The notes: generated by a model from the sequence alone, not told the origin. DNA of 64,000 bases, filler included, from Circinaria calcarea (GCA_051942165.1; 40 parts of 40 records of this genome joined end to end with filler, not necessarily neighbours in it); one strand, 5' to 3'. Shown: positions 24,572 through 37,406, numbered from the whole stretch's first letter. Made by a program: numbers and translations.

Positions 24572-26148
24572 TAAGGGTGAATGGCGTTTCTCGTAGGTCT
24601 TTGGTGCAGTTTACTCGCGAGGAACTGGATAATTTCGGGCTTTTATCTAGGTAGCTTGAGAATACCAATTGTAACTATATCAGGAAGCATCCTGAAGATG
24701 TCATACGATCTATTCGGTTCTATAATCTTGCTCTTCCAAGAAGAAGACACTAACCTGCAGTTGTGGTGCTAGCTATCAGAATCTGATTGATAATCGCCTG
24801 CAATTCTCCAACCTTTCTTCCCCCCTGCACAGAAAGTCTGGATGTTCTACGTCAATTCTTCTCCCATGAGTGAACGGGAGTGGGACGGGTACGGGTACGG
24901 GTGCAGTACGTCTTCAAGCTGGAGGAATAGGAAGTAATTGGGAAATGCTGATGGGGAATTAGGGTGTCGGAACAGATAGATAGGTATGACATGACATAAC
25001 GGGGGTAAGAGTGTATATATGATTTTCTGCAATTTGCAAATTTGCATGAGATTTTATCATACATTTTTAATGTGGGGGGGGAGGCATTACAGGGCAAGTC
25101 AGTATATAGACTATAGAGATGGCAGAATGGTAAAGTATCTAAGTACCCCGGGGTGCCACGGGGGGGAAGGAAGGAAAATCCCAGAATGGAGAAACTTTGG
25201 GGGGAAAATGTGGATAAACTAACTGTAAACCAGGCAACGGCGGGCCGTGGGGGGGGGGAATACGAAGGTAAGATACCTCTAAGCATTTGCTTATGGTAAA
25301 GGGGGGTGAGCTGGGATTGCCCATGGCTCTCCGTTTTTTCTTTTTTTCTTTTTCTTTTGGGCGGCTTTCGGTGCTAATGCACTTACTTGCATTACAGCAT
25401 ATCCCATAATGATACCGGTAAAAATTTAATTACTTGGTATATAATGCCCCCTTGGATTCTCATACAGTAAGTAGGCAGTAAATAGTCCACGTCCGGGAGG
25501 GAAGGACGGGGGGTTTTTTTATTATTATTATTTTTATAATAAACCGTACCGGTCGGTGTTGATTGGAAATTTTTTTTCTCCAAAACAAGGAAAAGAAAGG
25601 GATTAATATGTATTTCCAAGGCGGCTTGGTGGGGATTGTTGGTTGNNNNNNNNNNNNNNNNNNNNNNNNNNNNNNNNNNNNNNNNNNNNTTAATTAATTA
25701 ANNNNNNNNNNNNNNNNNNNNNNNNNNNNNNNNNNNNNNNNNNNNGCTTAAAGTTGCAAGACGGGATCGGGGTGAAGTGCTTTGGGTGGGTGATTTGAAG
25801 GCGAGAGTAAGAAGGCTAGCTGGGCAGAGGGAGGCAATGCTGATAGGGGTGGTGATGGGGATGGTATTCTTTAGTTTTCTGCAAGCATTGATCTTCCGTG
25901 AAAGGAAATCATAGAGTGATGCTTGAGGCGGAAAGTTTTTCGATCGATATAGATAATGAGGTTCATAGCGCCGTATCTATTCTCGTACATCGGGGCGCTC
26001 GTTCCATGTATACGATGCGCTCACTAACCTCTAGCAGCCTCGTCCCCTCCGAGGCAAAGGTACCCCTGAAGTGATGCTCCCAAAACTCCCAGATTCCACA
26101 CGCAATGCAGATAGATATAAACACCGGACCAGACCGTAGCACCCTCTT

Positions 26149-26657
26149 TCACTTATTCTTACTCTGCTTATACGTGAATCGTTTTCTCGTCCTGCTCTCA
26201 AATCCTTTAGCTCTTCCACAACCTCAAATATCTCCAAGCAAACCCACTCACGCAGCAAACTCCCCTAGTTTATGTCCCACCATATCCTCCGTAATCGTCA
26301 CATCGATATAATCCTTGCCATTGTGGATTTGAAACTTGAGACCGACAAAGTTTGGGAGGATGGTGGCAGCGCGAGCTTGAGTTTTGATGGGGGATGTTCG
26401 TTGACCGGGGGCGGGGCGGACGATGGGGAGACTGGTGATGGGTGGAAAGGGCATTAGTATGGGTCTCTTGCAGCTTAGTTCGTGTATTTGAGTTGGGATA
26501 GAGGCCTCTCCATCTGGGAGGATCAAGTAAATGGAGCCTTACGGGACGATGTGCGGCCCTGGGGTACGCGTTAGTCTTAGAGATCTTAAGGTCCAAAGTA
26601 AGAAGGCGACTTACCTTTCCAGACTGATCGCGCCAGGAGCGCCTTTGAAGGAAACAT
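26149..26657 (-). CDS. RSM19: Mitochondrial ribosomal protein S19 (complete, 4 exons)
   Basis: [20 protein letters not shown]...[27 protein letters not shown]...[24 protein letters not shown]. Confidence 0.93.
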
Positions 26658-26949
26658 GATTCAGGAAGCCTGAGCCTGGCGGATTTCAATGCAAATGATC
26701 TACGTAGGAAGTGTACAAACTTTTATGCAGATGTTCTATACTTTTATGAAAGTGTTCAATGGTAATGCCAAGGTCAATTCGCGTAACCCTCGAGCGTGTG
26801 TGCCTTGACGATATCCACCAGTGCTGCAAACAAAACTTTATCCGCAACTTAAGATGATATCCTTCCAGCTCCATATCACTTCCAAGTCCATGAATTTCCG
26901 AATAAGACTCACAAGTTGAAAGAACCGGAAAATAGCCTGAGTGGTAAAT

Positions 26950-27249
26950 ATGCCGGGCCTTACAGGTAGTTAATTAAGCACTTCAATTTAACCTCTGTCA
27001 AGATTTAAAAAACTGTACTAATTACCGATTACAGCCGCCGATACAATCCGCATCCTCGTGGCAACTGACAGCCATGTCGGATACAACGAACGAGATGCAA
27101 TCCGCGGTAACGACAGTGCAACCACCTTCCACGAGGTCATGTGCCTGGCGAAAGAAAAGGACGTTGACATGGTACTCCTGGCGGGCGATCTCTTCCATGA
27201 CAACAAGCCTTCCCGCAAATCCATGTATCAGGTCATGCGGTCTCTGCGG
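26950..27249 (+). CDS. MRE11: Double-strand break repair nuclease MRE11, N-terminus
   Basis: [15 protein letters not shown] (motif I) and [28 protein letters not shown] (motif II); short first exon then an intron. Confidence 0.95.
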
Positions 27250-27349
27250 NNNNNNNNNNNNNNNNNNNNNNNNNNNNNNNNNNNNNNNNNNNNTTAATTA
27301 ATTAANNNNNNNNNNNNNNNNNNNNNNNNNNNNNNNNNNNNNNNNNNNN

Positions 27350-27630
27350 CCCATCGCCTGAGCAATACCACCAGAATCCTTCCCAGCAGCAGCCATTCTC
27401 GCCGCCTCAAACATATCAATCTCAACCTCCGCAGCAACATCTTTCACAGCCTCCACAACAGCAGTCTCTTCCACCGGGTCCACAACAGCAGTCTCTTCCA
27501 CCGGGTCCACAACAGCAATACCTTCCGCCGCCTCCGCAACAGCAACAGCAGCAAGAGGGATATTGGCAACAGCAGCAGCAACATCAAGTCCCCCCCGCTG
27601 TTCAATCTCAGCCAATACATCAATCGACAA
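27350..27630 (-). CDS. Hypothetical Ala/Val/Glu-rich protein fragment with repeated AVVDPVEET unit
   Basis: Open frame with a 27-bp tandem unit; gene structure unresolved. Confidence 0.35.
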
Positions 27631-28437
27631 TACCGTATCCAGCTATGAATTCGTACACTCAGGACTCTTTTCCAGCAGCGCCAAGTCATCAACCGCAACC
27701 AAAGGTAGTAGAGGAGAGTTTGATTGAGCTATAAGTCTAGTTGATCACTGGAGATCCGTGTACGATTTGACGGAGAATTGATGCGAAGCCTCTGTACATT
27801 ATTGGCCTTTCGTTGGTGGTTTATATATTTTAACTGCAAGGGCTGATCAGAGCGGTTTACTCAGGTTCAGATGATACCCGAATGTGTGTATCCTTGCAGT
27901 CGAAGGGGCTCCTGGTTTTGCTAACTCTATTGTGCTGTGCTCGTCGTGTCTGTCTTACCTTATTTCCCATAGCCCGAAGTCACGAAATGAAGGAACATCC
28001 ATTTGGAAATGGAATTCTCCTAACCACTTCAGTAATCCCTATATTCCTCTTCGAGATCGATGTATCTCCGCTATAGCTACCTCCCCTTCCCTTCTGGCCA
28101 TGGGAGCCCTCATTTGCAAATTGTACGTCGTATCCCGATAAAAGTATACGGAGTACTCTCACTACAAGGTCCTTCACACCTCCCATCGAGATCAGACCTG
28201 TTTTCACTGTTTGGTATGGGGACGTTAAAATTTGGGGTCTGGTGAGCAGCGGGACGGCTTTGGGGGGATTTTTGGGCAGTCTTGAGGAGTATTTGAAATA
28301 CTCGCTACGCAGCGAGCTCTGGATATAATCCTGGAGGTAATCAGCAATCCGAGAATACCGAGACAAAATAAGGGCCTCTTAGATATCCATCTGAATCCAA
28401 ATTTTTCCAACTCTACAGAAGCTATGACACTTCAAGC

Positions 28438-28852
28438 TCAAACATCGATACCTTCTACAGTAACGCCCTTGTTCCAGCTGTACTGCAACACTCTCGCAAC
28501 CTCCTGGGCCGACTCATGGGATACCATCGCCGCCACGAGATACAGACTGGCATCTAAACCACTAGTGACCCCACCACTTGTGATGACTCTTAATCCTCCC
28601 AACTTTAGCGCAACTCTTCGAGCATTGGACTCCCGGCGCTTGATTGATTCCTTCCATGCATTGCTGCCCTTCCGTGCGATTGACTTCCTCCTGCCATCGG
28701 GCCTCTTGCTCAGGATGAAAGGATTCTCCTCCAGCTTCTCGCCCAAATCATAGCGCGCGTTGTTAACGACATAGTTCTCCTCCATGACATCCGTTTGCTC
28801 AAGCTCGCCACGCCTGGCCGCCTCCTTGCAAAGAATCTCCATCTTGGTATAA
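28438..28852 (-). CDS. DJ-1/PfpI family protein, C-terminal part
   Basis: VITSGGVTSGLDASLYLV...AQEVARVLQYSW. Confidence 0.78.
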
Positions 28853-28952
28853 NNNNNNNNNNNNNNNNNNNNNNNNNNNNNNNNNNNNNNNNNNNNTTAA
28901 TTAATTAANNNNNNNNNNNNNNNNNNNNNNNNNNNNNNNNNNNNNNNNNNNN

Positions 28953-29300
28953 GAGGCTAGAGAAAGTGGAAGAATCACACGACAATCACAAGGGATCGAT
29001 CTGTCGGCTGTAAACCTTGAGCAGCTTCCTGCCTACGAGGAGATTGGAGGTTACACCCCAGCTCCACCAACGCACGTGGCGCAGGAAGCTCCCATTGCTC
29101 CAACACCACTTCGACAAGCACCTCCGCCGGCCAGTGAACCGGTAGATTCTGGCGAAGGGGTTGCTGCACCCCTATCAAACCAAGGTCCAGTTTCTGGACA
29201 ATCTTTCCAGCTGCCCAGCGACCCTCCCCCTGGCTATGAAGAGGCACAGCAAAGCAGTGTGGTAGATAACCTAGAAGAGAGTGTTCGCCGATCGAAATAA
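28953..29300 (+). CDS. PY-motif protein C-terminus (WBP2/UPF0664-like)
   Basis: NLEQLPAYEE and PPPGYEEAQ (LPxY/PPxY motifs). Confidence 0.5.
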   Translation, partial: EARESGRITRQSQGIDLSAVNLEQLPAYEEIGGYTPAPPTHVAQEAPIAPTPLRQAPPPASEPVDSGEGVAAPLSNQGPVSGQSFQLPSDPPPGYEEAQQSSVVDNLEESVRRSK

Positions 29301-29761
29301 TAGGTACTTCCCCTGCTTTTGTAAATCAAGGCTGCGGGTTTAGATACATGCATGGGGTGTTAAGGAGGTTCTTGATGTAACGACAATGTACTTTGTAATG
29401 GTCTGGTATCAGCTTGCTCATTATAGGTATTAGATAAGCTGTATAATAATGAGGTATTCATCGTATCCGTATATGTGTGGACCTTTGTCTCGAAGACTTT
29501 TGGTTGGTGTCTAGATTTGCCTGTACCAGAATATGAAGATTCGGAGCTCGAGCCAACCATGCGACGCCTCAGTCGACGCTAATAAGCGACATCTTGCCTC
29601 ATCATCGTACTCTCTCTCAAGACTGGAATCTATCATCTACGCGGTCATTTCTACAACCATAACTCGTTTCCGACCATAATCGCAATTTCTTGCTGTAATA
29701 GTGAAGCTTCATATTATTTGCCGTGGCCCGCCGAGGGCGTTCTCCTCACCTGTCGGCCACG

Positions 29762-30420
29762 ATGGGTGTACCTAAGGATACCCTCTTCCGCTCGGCGGAA
29801 ATGTCCCTGACGCAACTATACATTGCCAATGAAATTGGGCGGGAGGTTGTCAGTGCGTTGGGAGAGTTGGGGGAGGTCCAGTTTCGAGATGTGAGTTTTT
29901 ACATCTGGACGGACTTGGGATTGGGCGCTGGTCCTTCAAGGCAGCCAACCTTCGCAACATCTATTGCGTGATAGAGCTGCCTGATCCCATACATATCAAC
30001 GCACACTATACAAAGAAGGAATCAAGGACATTTGTTAATTTAGTATCATTCTTAGCTGAACTCGGAGACTTCTGCCTTCCAAAAAACCTTCACCAAGGAG
30101 ATAAGGAGACTTGACAACGTGGAGAGACAACTACGTACGTTGTGTTCTCCTACTCTTCTGTGAGGGAACTGACGTTTTGGTAGGCTACTTCAAGGCTCAA
30201 ATCGAGAAGCAGTCGCTACCTATGCGACCACAGCACGACTTCCCCAATATCCTTTCTGCTCCCTCAGCCTCCGAAATCGACGAACTCGCTGAGCGAAGTG
30301 AGACTCTGGAGCAAAGAATAACATCGTTGAATGAAAGCTACGAGACTTTGAAGAAGCGCGAGGTAGAGCTTACAGAATGGCGGTGGGTATTGAGAGAAGC
30401 TGGAGGTTTCTTTGACCGAG
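29762..30420 (+). CDS. VPH1: V-ATPase V0 subunit a, N-terminal part
   Basis: [38 protein letters not shown]...[20 protein letters not shown]; multiple GT-AG introns. Confidence 0.92.
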
Positions 30421-30555
30421 TAGGACTACACTTTCTCTCTTTTCTCGACTACAACNNNNNNNNNNNNNNNNNNNNNNNNNNNNNNNNNNNNNNNNNNNNT
30501 TAATTAATTAANNNNNNNNNNNNNNNNNNNNNNNNNNNNNNNNNNNNNNNNNNNN

Positions 30556-31243
30556 TCAAGCGCCTCCCAAACCGCAGGAGAAGGCGTTGGAGCAGGATGA
30601 AGGGGAAAAAGCGCCACTTACTGATGCGCGCAAAGGGCGCGCCCGAGGTCCGGCTAGGCGAAAGCCCGCTGCTTCTCCTTCTGCTGCAGAAGAGGCGAAG
30701 ACTGCAGTATCCAAGCTGGAACTTGTGGAACCATGGACCGTATGGCAGATTTCATCGGAGAACAACGGGAGTCTAGAGGTGCCACATGCTACCAAGGCAT
30801 CTGTTGCCGAAGCTATCCAAGTTCCAACTTCAACGTCAGAGCCGCATACGGTGGATGAACCGTCAGATGCACCAAGCACTTTGAACGTGCCGGATGTTAC
30901 ACTCGCAGAGGTGTTGGAAGCGGAGGGTCCTCCAAGCAAAGAAGATGGTTCAAAGCCAGTTGAAGATATCGCGGAGAACGACATAAGTATTCACATCAGT
31001 CCGGCAGACAGGAAAGACTCGAACCTTGGCCGTGTTCCAGCAGGGTCGTCGAAAACAACCGAAATTCCTGCTGACTTGACGGAAACCGAAGTCTCGACAG
31101 GAGAAATATCCAGCACCGAGGATGCAGCAGCTGATGACCCAGCCAAGCCAGGAGCTTCTGAGATGTTTGTAAATGAGGAGCGGAGTACCGTACTATTGGC
31201 CAATGAGTCCGGGGCAACAGAGACAAAGGTAGAGAATGTCTAG
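30556..31243 (+). CDS. AIM21-like actin-patch protein, C-terminus
   Basis: KAPLTDARKGRARGPARRKP motif followed by an acidic low-complexity tail. Confidence 0.6.
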
Positions 31244-31404
31244 AGAAAAGCGGATGTATGTATATATAACACTAGACCGGGATTGGTCCTCGAGTAATCA
31301 TTAATAGAAGAAATTCAGTCGTTGCCGCACTTGTAGCTTTGGCGGGGACTTTAAGCATAGATTGGCTGATTCAATCAGATACAACGGTACGTCCCGTACG
31401 CAAA

Positions 31405-31495
31405 TGTAAGGGCCTCTACCCGAGAACCCCCTACGAACCCTACGGGTGAACTATATACCGAGGTCACGAGGTACTGGCTTATTAGCGAGGAAGGT
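31405..31495 (+). repeat. Dispersed repeat copy 1 (probable LTR 5' end)
   Basis: TGTAAGGGC..CTACCCGAGAACCCC..TACGAACCCTACGGG..AACTATA.ACCGAGGTCACGAGG, also present at 63829. Confidence 0.75.
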
Positions 31496-31619
31496 GCCCT
31501 GAAACGAAGTGAAAACGAAGTGGAAGGGTTTTTTAAACTTCGGCGGGAGATTTTTCCGAACCGAACCGAACCACAATCTTGCGGTGTTCTTCTCACTCTG
31601 GCTTCAAAATTACCATAGC

Positions 31620-32058
31620 CTAAAAGGGTTTAGGTTTTTCGCTCGATTCAGCCTAGTTTTTCGCTCGAATAGGTTTAGTTTTTCGCTCGAATGGGCTGGG
31701 TTCTTCTAACCTATTTGGGCTTATTAGGTTTTATGGTAGCGTAGTATTAATTTTATGCTCATGGCTTTATGCTATGCCGCCAGCTATGCTATGCTGCTAT
31801 GCTGTGTGCTATACTCCATACTATGCTGCATACTCTTTCCATGCTATACTACATACTCTTTCCATGCTATGCGGCGTGCTTTTTCCATGCTATACTATAT
31901 GCTCTTTCCATGCTATGCTCCATGCTATGCCGCGTGCTCTTTCCATGCTATACTACATACTATACTCTATGCTATGCCGCATGCCATCGCTATGCTATGC
32001 CGCATGCTATCACTATGCTATGCCGCGTGCTCTTTCCATACTATATAATATGCTATAC
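31620..32058. repeat. Probable MITE left end: 3x TTTTTCGCTCGA subterminal repeats followed by a degenerate CATGCTAT satellite
   Basis: Same architecture as 20131-20671; runs off the contig end. Confidence 0.55.
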
Positions 32059-32659
32059 NNNNNNNNNNNNNNNNNNNNNNNNNNNNNNNNNNNNNNNNNN
32101 NNTTAATTAATTAANNNNNNNNNNNNNNNNNNNNNNNNNNNNNNNNNNNNNNNNNNNNGAGGGAAGGGGGTATGCGAGTATATAGGGGGGTATGCGAGTA
32201 AAAAATAGCATGTTCGGGGGGTATGGCAGTAATTCGCTCGTTACATATATGTATCTGTTATAAACACCCCGATTTTAGGATTTGTGATTGCCGTCCTGGT
32301 TCGGGGAAGGGAGCAGGGCCGCTTTAGAGGGAGCAGCGGGGGAGCAGGAGAGAGCACCGAGGGAGCACTGTAAATATGTATGTAACAGCATGAGGTGGCT
32401 TCTAGTTTGGGTATGGTATATCCGTATTGACTAATCGGCCAGACCACAGTCCCTTTCAGGCTTATCAAAGAAACGCTAAAGACATCGAGGACTCCGACTC
32501 TTATAAGACCAGCCTTCGGCGTGAGTAGGCCCTATTGATAGTGACAAGTCATACTCTAGTTAAACGTCCACAGGGATTGCGGAGGTCCAATGGCTCTGGG
32601 AACCCCTAGTTCAAGCCGACATACTCGACAAGCGAGGCCAGATTATCCTCCTTAATATC

Positions 32660-32998
32660 GTGGACCCTCCAGACGGTCAAACCACGCACTCAATATCCAA
32701 ACTCGCAGACTTCGTCCAAGAGCAATGTATCGCTTATCAAAGCTTGCGGACCGCTCTCGTACTCTACCGGCGCATCTATCACGGGACAGAACTCTTCTTC
32801 GGTGCTTCGAGCCTGGAGTATTGCTGGGTTGCCAACCGTTTGGGTTTTGTTTTGGAGCTTTTCGGCCTCAGGTACGAGACCTTGCGGCTCTTCAAGGAGG
32901 CTGTTGCTGGGAGAATGTTTCATCTTGGCACGTTGCACAAGTCAACGGTCGAGAGTTGTGAGCGAGCGGCTTTTCTTGAATCAAATCTTTTAAAGTAA
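32660..32998 (+). CDS. TPR-repeat-like ORF fragment
   Basis: YRRIYHGTELFFG...VANRLG..L...FKEAVAGRMFHLGTLHKST resembles the TPR_10/12 repeats of fungal NLR-like proteins. Confidence 0.5.
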   Translation: MDPPDGQTTHSISKLADFVQEQCIAYQSLRTALVLYRRIYHGTELFFGASSLEYCWVANRLGFVLELFGLRYETLRLFKEAVAGRMFHLGTLHKSTVESCERAAFLESNLLK

Positions 32999-33544
32999 AT
33001 TTAATATCTGGGGTTGATGATTTTTACTATAATTATGATTAGACCTATAAAGAAAATAAAACTTCATTAGGGGTAATATTCTCAGAGGTTAAGCTAAGTG
33101 TAAGTGTGTAGCGTAGATATACTGATGTTTATAAAAAAAATATAATATTAAATACAAACTGTCCAGAGGTAGCTTGAAAATCGTGAGAGAGCATAAACAA
33201 AAGTTCATAATTGTGAAGACGGAAGCATAATACAGGGGCATGGCGTATTCCGCATGAACAACTGAATGCATTCCTCTTATTGCCACGAAACTGAACCATA
33301 GCCCTCTATCATAGTGCGCGCTCCGTGTATTATAGCCAAAATCCATGCCTTTTGTGCCTTCCATGCCTTCCGCCCTCAGTGTAACGCTGCAATCATGCCC
33401 TCGGAATGCGCCGAACCAACGAATTAGCCTTCCATATTCAGCATAACCTTTCCGAATTCACGCTATTCATGCACTAATTCGAGCTAGCCCTGACACTGAA
33501 GCCCAAATACGGGGAAAAAAAGAATACCGTACTTCTGTAGATAA

Positions 33545-33660
33545 ATTAAAAATTAAAAATTAAAAATTAAAAATTAAAAATTAAAAATTAAAAATTAAAA
33601 ATTAAAAATTAAAAATTAAAAATTAAAAATTAAAAATTAAAAATTAAAAATTAAAAATTA
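33545..33660. repeat. Perfect heptamer array (TTAAAAA)n, about 16 units, at the contig end
   Basis: Directly visible. Confidence 0.95.
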
Positions 33661-33853
33661 NNNNNNNNNNNNNNNNNNNNNNNNNNNNNNNNNNNNNNNN
33701 NNNNTTAATTAATTAANNNNNNNNNNNNNNNNNNNNNNNNNNNNNNNNNNNNNNNNNNNNTAATTGCCAAAAGTATGATGAACGAATAACGAACATGGCT
33801 TTGAGATTTTGGCGGTATATATACGAAGAATATCCAATGCTGGATTAGGGAAA

Positions 33854-35240
33854 TCACCACGAGAAAGTCATAAGGGCAGGATTGAGCGCAATCGGGAGCA
33901 ACATATGACTTGCTGTGACAGTAGCCATGGGTAATATGGCGACGAAATCCTTAATCTGCCAGTCTGGCGGGATAAAGGTTCCGGTGGCGAGAACAATCAT
34001 ACCGGCTATTCCGAGAAGAGCAAAGGCCATGCTAACTCTGAATTTCTTGAGTACCTTGGGCACTTCAATGAAGAAATTGGAGAATTCCGCTTCTTTGGAC
34101 GTGGCACCCCAGGTCATGTCGACTTCGAACATGTGAGCCAGGAGAGCCGAGGAGACGTGGAGGGAGAGACCACCGAGGAAGATGGCGAACATGATGATCC
34201 ATTTCAAGTTCTCCGCCACTATATTATGTGTAAGCAGAGAATGAAATTCAAAAGAGTGGGATACTTACAAGAACCGAAGAAGCTTCGCTCGCCGATACGA
34301 TATCTCATGGTTGCCAAGGCCAGATTTCCAAGTCCATTGAAAACAATCATAATCGAGAACCAAACTTTCCACGAGTCAATATAGTACTTGTCAAGGTACC
34401 CATTGAACCATCCTATGGCAAAGTAGTTGACAATTGTCAATATCCACGCGGCACCAATGGCATAATAAGTCCCAATGTATGAAACGATGGTGATCTTCGA
34501 GGTGAACCGGATGTTGGAGAACAAGAATCGTCGGAAGAGCGGAGTGAAAGGACCACGAATTACCCAAAAGCGGATCGGGTTAAACAGCAGCTCGTTACAC
34601 CCGTAGGCATACTTTTCCCATCGAGCAAGTTCGTCGTAAACTGTTAGCGATACACCCTCCTTGAAACCTTCGCCGGCCCAAGCAGCAAGACGAATGATAT
34701 AACCTTGACACTGCAACCGAAGAGACATGTCAAAATCTTCCGACACGTGTGACTCTGACCAAAACTTATCGTATCCGTCCTCGTCGACGTAGGAAACCTG
34801 TTGGATGGCAGACCACCGAAGAATGGCATTATGACCGACGAAAGGAGCAACATCGCCATTGGAGACGGTGTATCGAATAGCGATATAGATCAAGTTAGTG
34901 AAGAAGGTGATACCATTCTCGAAATAGGTATGCACAACTTGCATGACCCCGGAAGAGAATTGCATGATGCCCACGTCAGGTGACTGCTCCATCTCGGAAG
35001 CCGCATCGAGAATACAATCTTGTGGAACACGAGTGTCGGAATCGATCAAGATGATATAATCACCCATTCGGATGTTACCGTCAGCCCACGCAACGTGGTT
35101 CTCATCTAAGACTTCCTTTAGACATCTTTCATAAGCTTGAGCTTCGTCAGACTGAGACCAATCATCGGGGCGATTTATCAAAAGCAGCTTTTCTTCGACT
35201 TTGCACGAAATCATCAGACCAAAGTTCATGTTCGAAGCCT
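33854..35240 (-). CDS. Membrane-bound glycosyltransferase family 2 protein (3' part)
   Basis: ILIDSDTRVP (DxD), FVGHNAILRW, SEDFD, RWEKYAYG, several TM helices; intron near 34219-34268. Confidence 0.88.
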
Positions 35241-35362
35241 AGACGGAATCCGATCAGCATTTNNNNNNNNNNNNNNNNNNNNNNNNNNNNNNNNNNNNNN
35301 NNNNNNTTAATTAATTAANNNNNNNNNNNNNNNNNNNNNNNNNNNNNNNNNNNNNNNNNNNN

Positions 35363-36863
35363 TAATGCTGTAATATCACTCCCAGCGTGAAGCATGCTTT
35401 TAGCTCGCGAAACGCACGCGCCGCTTCCTCAGTCCAGAGGAATTCTCCCGTCTTTCTTCCTTTCACCATTCCTCTCAACAGATTCGTCATCGGCGCTGTT
35501 ACCGCTGAATACCGGAAGATGAATCGTCGATAGAAATTAGCGAAACCTAAAAAGACCTGGACCTCATGAAAGCTTTCAGGATCCTGCCACTCCATGATAG
35601 TGGCCACTTTCTTAGGATCCATCGATACGCCCGCGACTCCCACGCGATATCCAAGGAAATCCACCTCTTGTACGGAAAATTCACATTTGGACAATTTCAC
35701 GTACAATAAGGCTTTCCGTAATCGCTCAAGGACTTGTCGCACGTGGGTCGTATGCTCCTCGCGCGTGATACTGAAGATCAATATATCATCAATGAAAGCG
35801 ATGCATATATTATCCAGTAAACCCACAAGGGTCTGATTCACAAATGTCTGAAACGTGGCAGGTGCATTCGTCAGCCTAAAAGGCATCACGCAATATTCAA
35901 AATGTCCGTATCGCGTGCGAAACGCTGTCTTCCATCGATCCTCCTTGCGGATCCAGACCCGATGGTAAGCATTTCGCAGGTCTAACTTCGTATAATAACG
36001 CGCGTTAGCCAAACGATCCAAGATCTCACTTATCAAGGGTAAAGGATAACGATTCTTCTTAGAAATCTTATTCAATCCCCGATAATCGACGCATAATCGC
36101 AGGCTACCGTCTTTTTTCTTCACGAATAAGATCGGTGCCCCAGCTGGTGAGGTGGATTCTCTAATCCATCCTTTTCGCAAGCTTTCCGCAAGATAATCGC
36201 GTAGCGTTCGCAATTCTAATTGAGATAAGGCATAAATCGGTCCGTAAGGCACCGGTTTTCCATCTTCAATCCCAATTGAATGTTGCACGCTCGTCGCTTG
36301 CGGCAAATGCTCTTCTTCGTTTTCTGCGAAAACGTCGGCGAAATCTCGATACTCTTCAGGTAAAATCACTTCCTCAGTTTCTAAAGTCGCTAGCGATACG
36401 CCTGCGCTCCGTGTGAAATCTGAAGGCTTCACCAATATCAAGCCAGCTTGAATTACGTCATCTTGTCTCACGAACTTTTTCGGAGCATCTACCCCGATAC
36501 TCGTCTGCGACTCGCGGTAGAACCATTCACGTTCTGACCACTCGACCATGGGGTTTACAGCCTTCAGCCACGGCATTCCTAATATAAGCTCAAACCCATT
36601 CAGGGTAGCTGCATAATAGGAATGTGATGACCATCTGGTTATCCCTCGCATGTCAGTCGCTTGCGTCTCGATTGCGCCTTGCCCGTGAATCACCACGGCG
36701 TGACCACCCACACCATTCACTCGGGTGGTGGCTTTCTCCAAAGGAATCCCCTCTTCCAGCACCACGGCTTGGGAGATAAAGTTCCCTTGGGCCCCTGAAT
36801 CCAACAGTGCGCGTAGCATGCGTTTCCCCCGCGGGGTCTGGATTTCTACATCCAGAAAGATGC
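35363..36863 (-). mobile_element. Ty3/gypsy LTR retrotransposon pol fragment (aspartic protease, RT, start of connection/RNase H)
   Basis: ALLDSGA, LILGMPWL, SPAGAPILFVKKKDGSLRLCVDYRGLN, KTAFRTRYG, FIDD, FLGFANFYRRFI; frame open across the whole contig. Confidence 0.96.
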
Positions 36864-36963
36864 NNNNNNNNNNNNNNNNNNNNNNNNNNNNNNNNNNNNN
36901 NNNNNNNTTAATTAATTAANNNNNNNNNNNNNNNNNNNNNNNNNNNNNNNNNNNNNNNNNNNN

Positions 36964-37406
36964 TTTGGGCAGCATGCACCACCACAGCAAGTCTCATCAG
37001 CATTGCAGTAAGTATTGACACAACAGGTTGCGTTCTGGGCGATACAGAATGGACCGATTGCTGAATTAGCTGGCATGCAGCACTTCTCTACCAATTAAGA
37101 CGTCACGCGTTAGATGTTACTTGGATGGATCATGGCGATAGAAAGGAGCAAAAGACAAAACTTACCACCAGGGTTGAAGCATTCACAAGTCACCTGGCGA
37201 GCTCCCAGGTCGTACTTGCTGCTCGGAAGGACCCAGACGTTACCGGTAGAGACATCGTGATGGTACGGGGCGATGAAATCAGACGTGGCGTTCTTGGTCG
37301 ACCAGACGAGCGAGCTCAGGTTACCGGTGAAGACATCGGCGAGACAATACCCGGAGAAGGTGACACAGAGAAGCACGACAAGTAGGAGGAAGCGGTTGAG
37401 ACTCAT
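36964..37406 (-). CDS. Secreted cysteine-rich protein, N-terminal part
   Basis: Signal peptide MSLNRFLLLVVLLCVTFSGYCLA; intron 37088-37165; CC-rich segment KCCMP...TCCVNTYCNADETCCGGACCP. Confidence 0.75.

Noticed and set aside
31755..32110. Cys/Tyr/Ala-rich ORFs in three frames
   Set aside because: Translation of a degenerate satellite.
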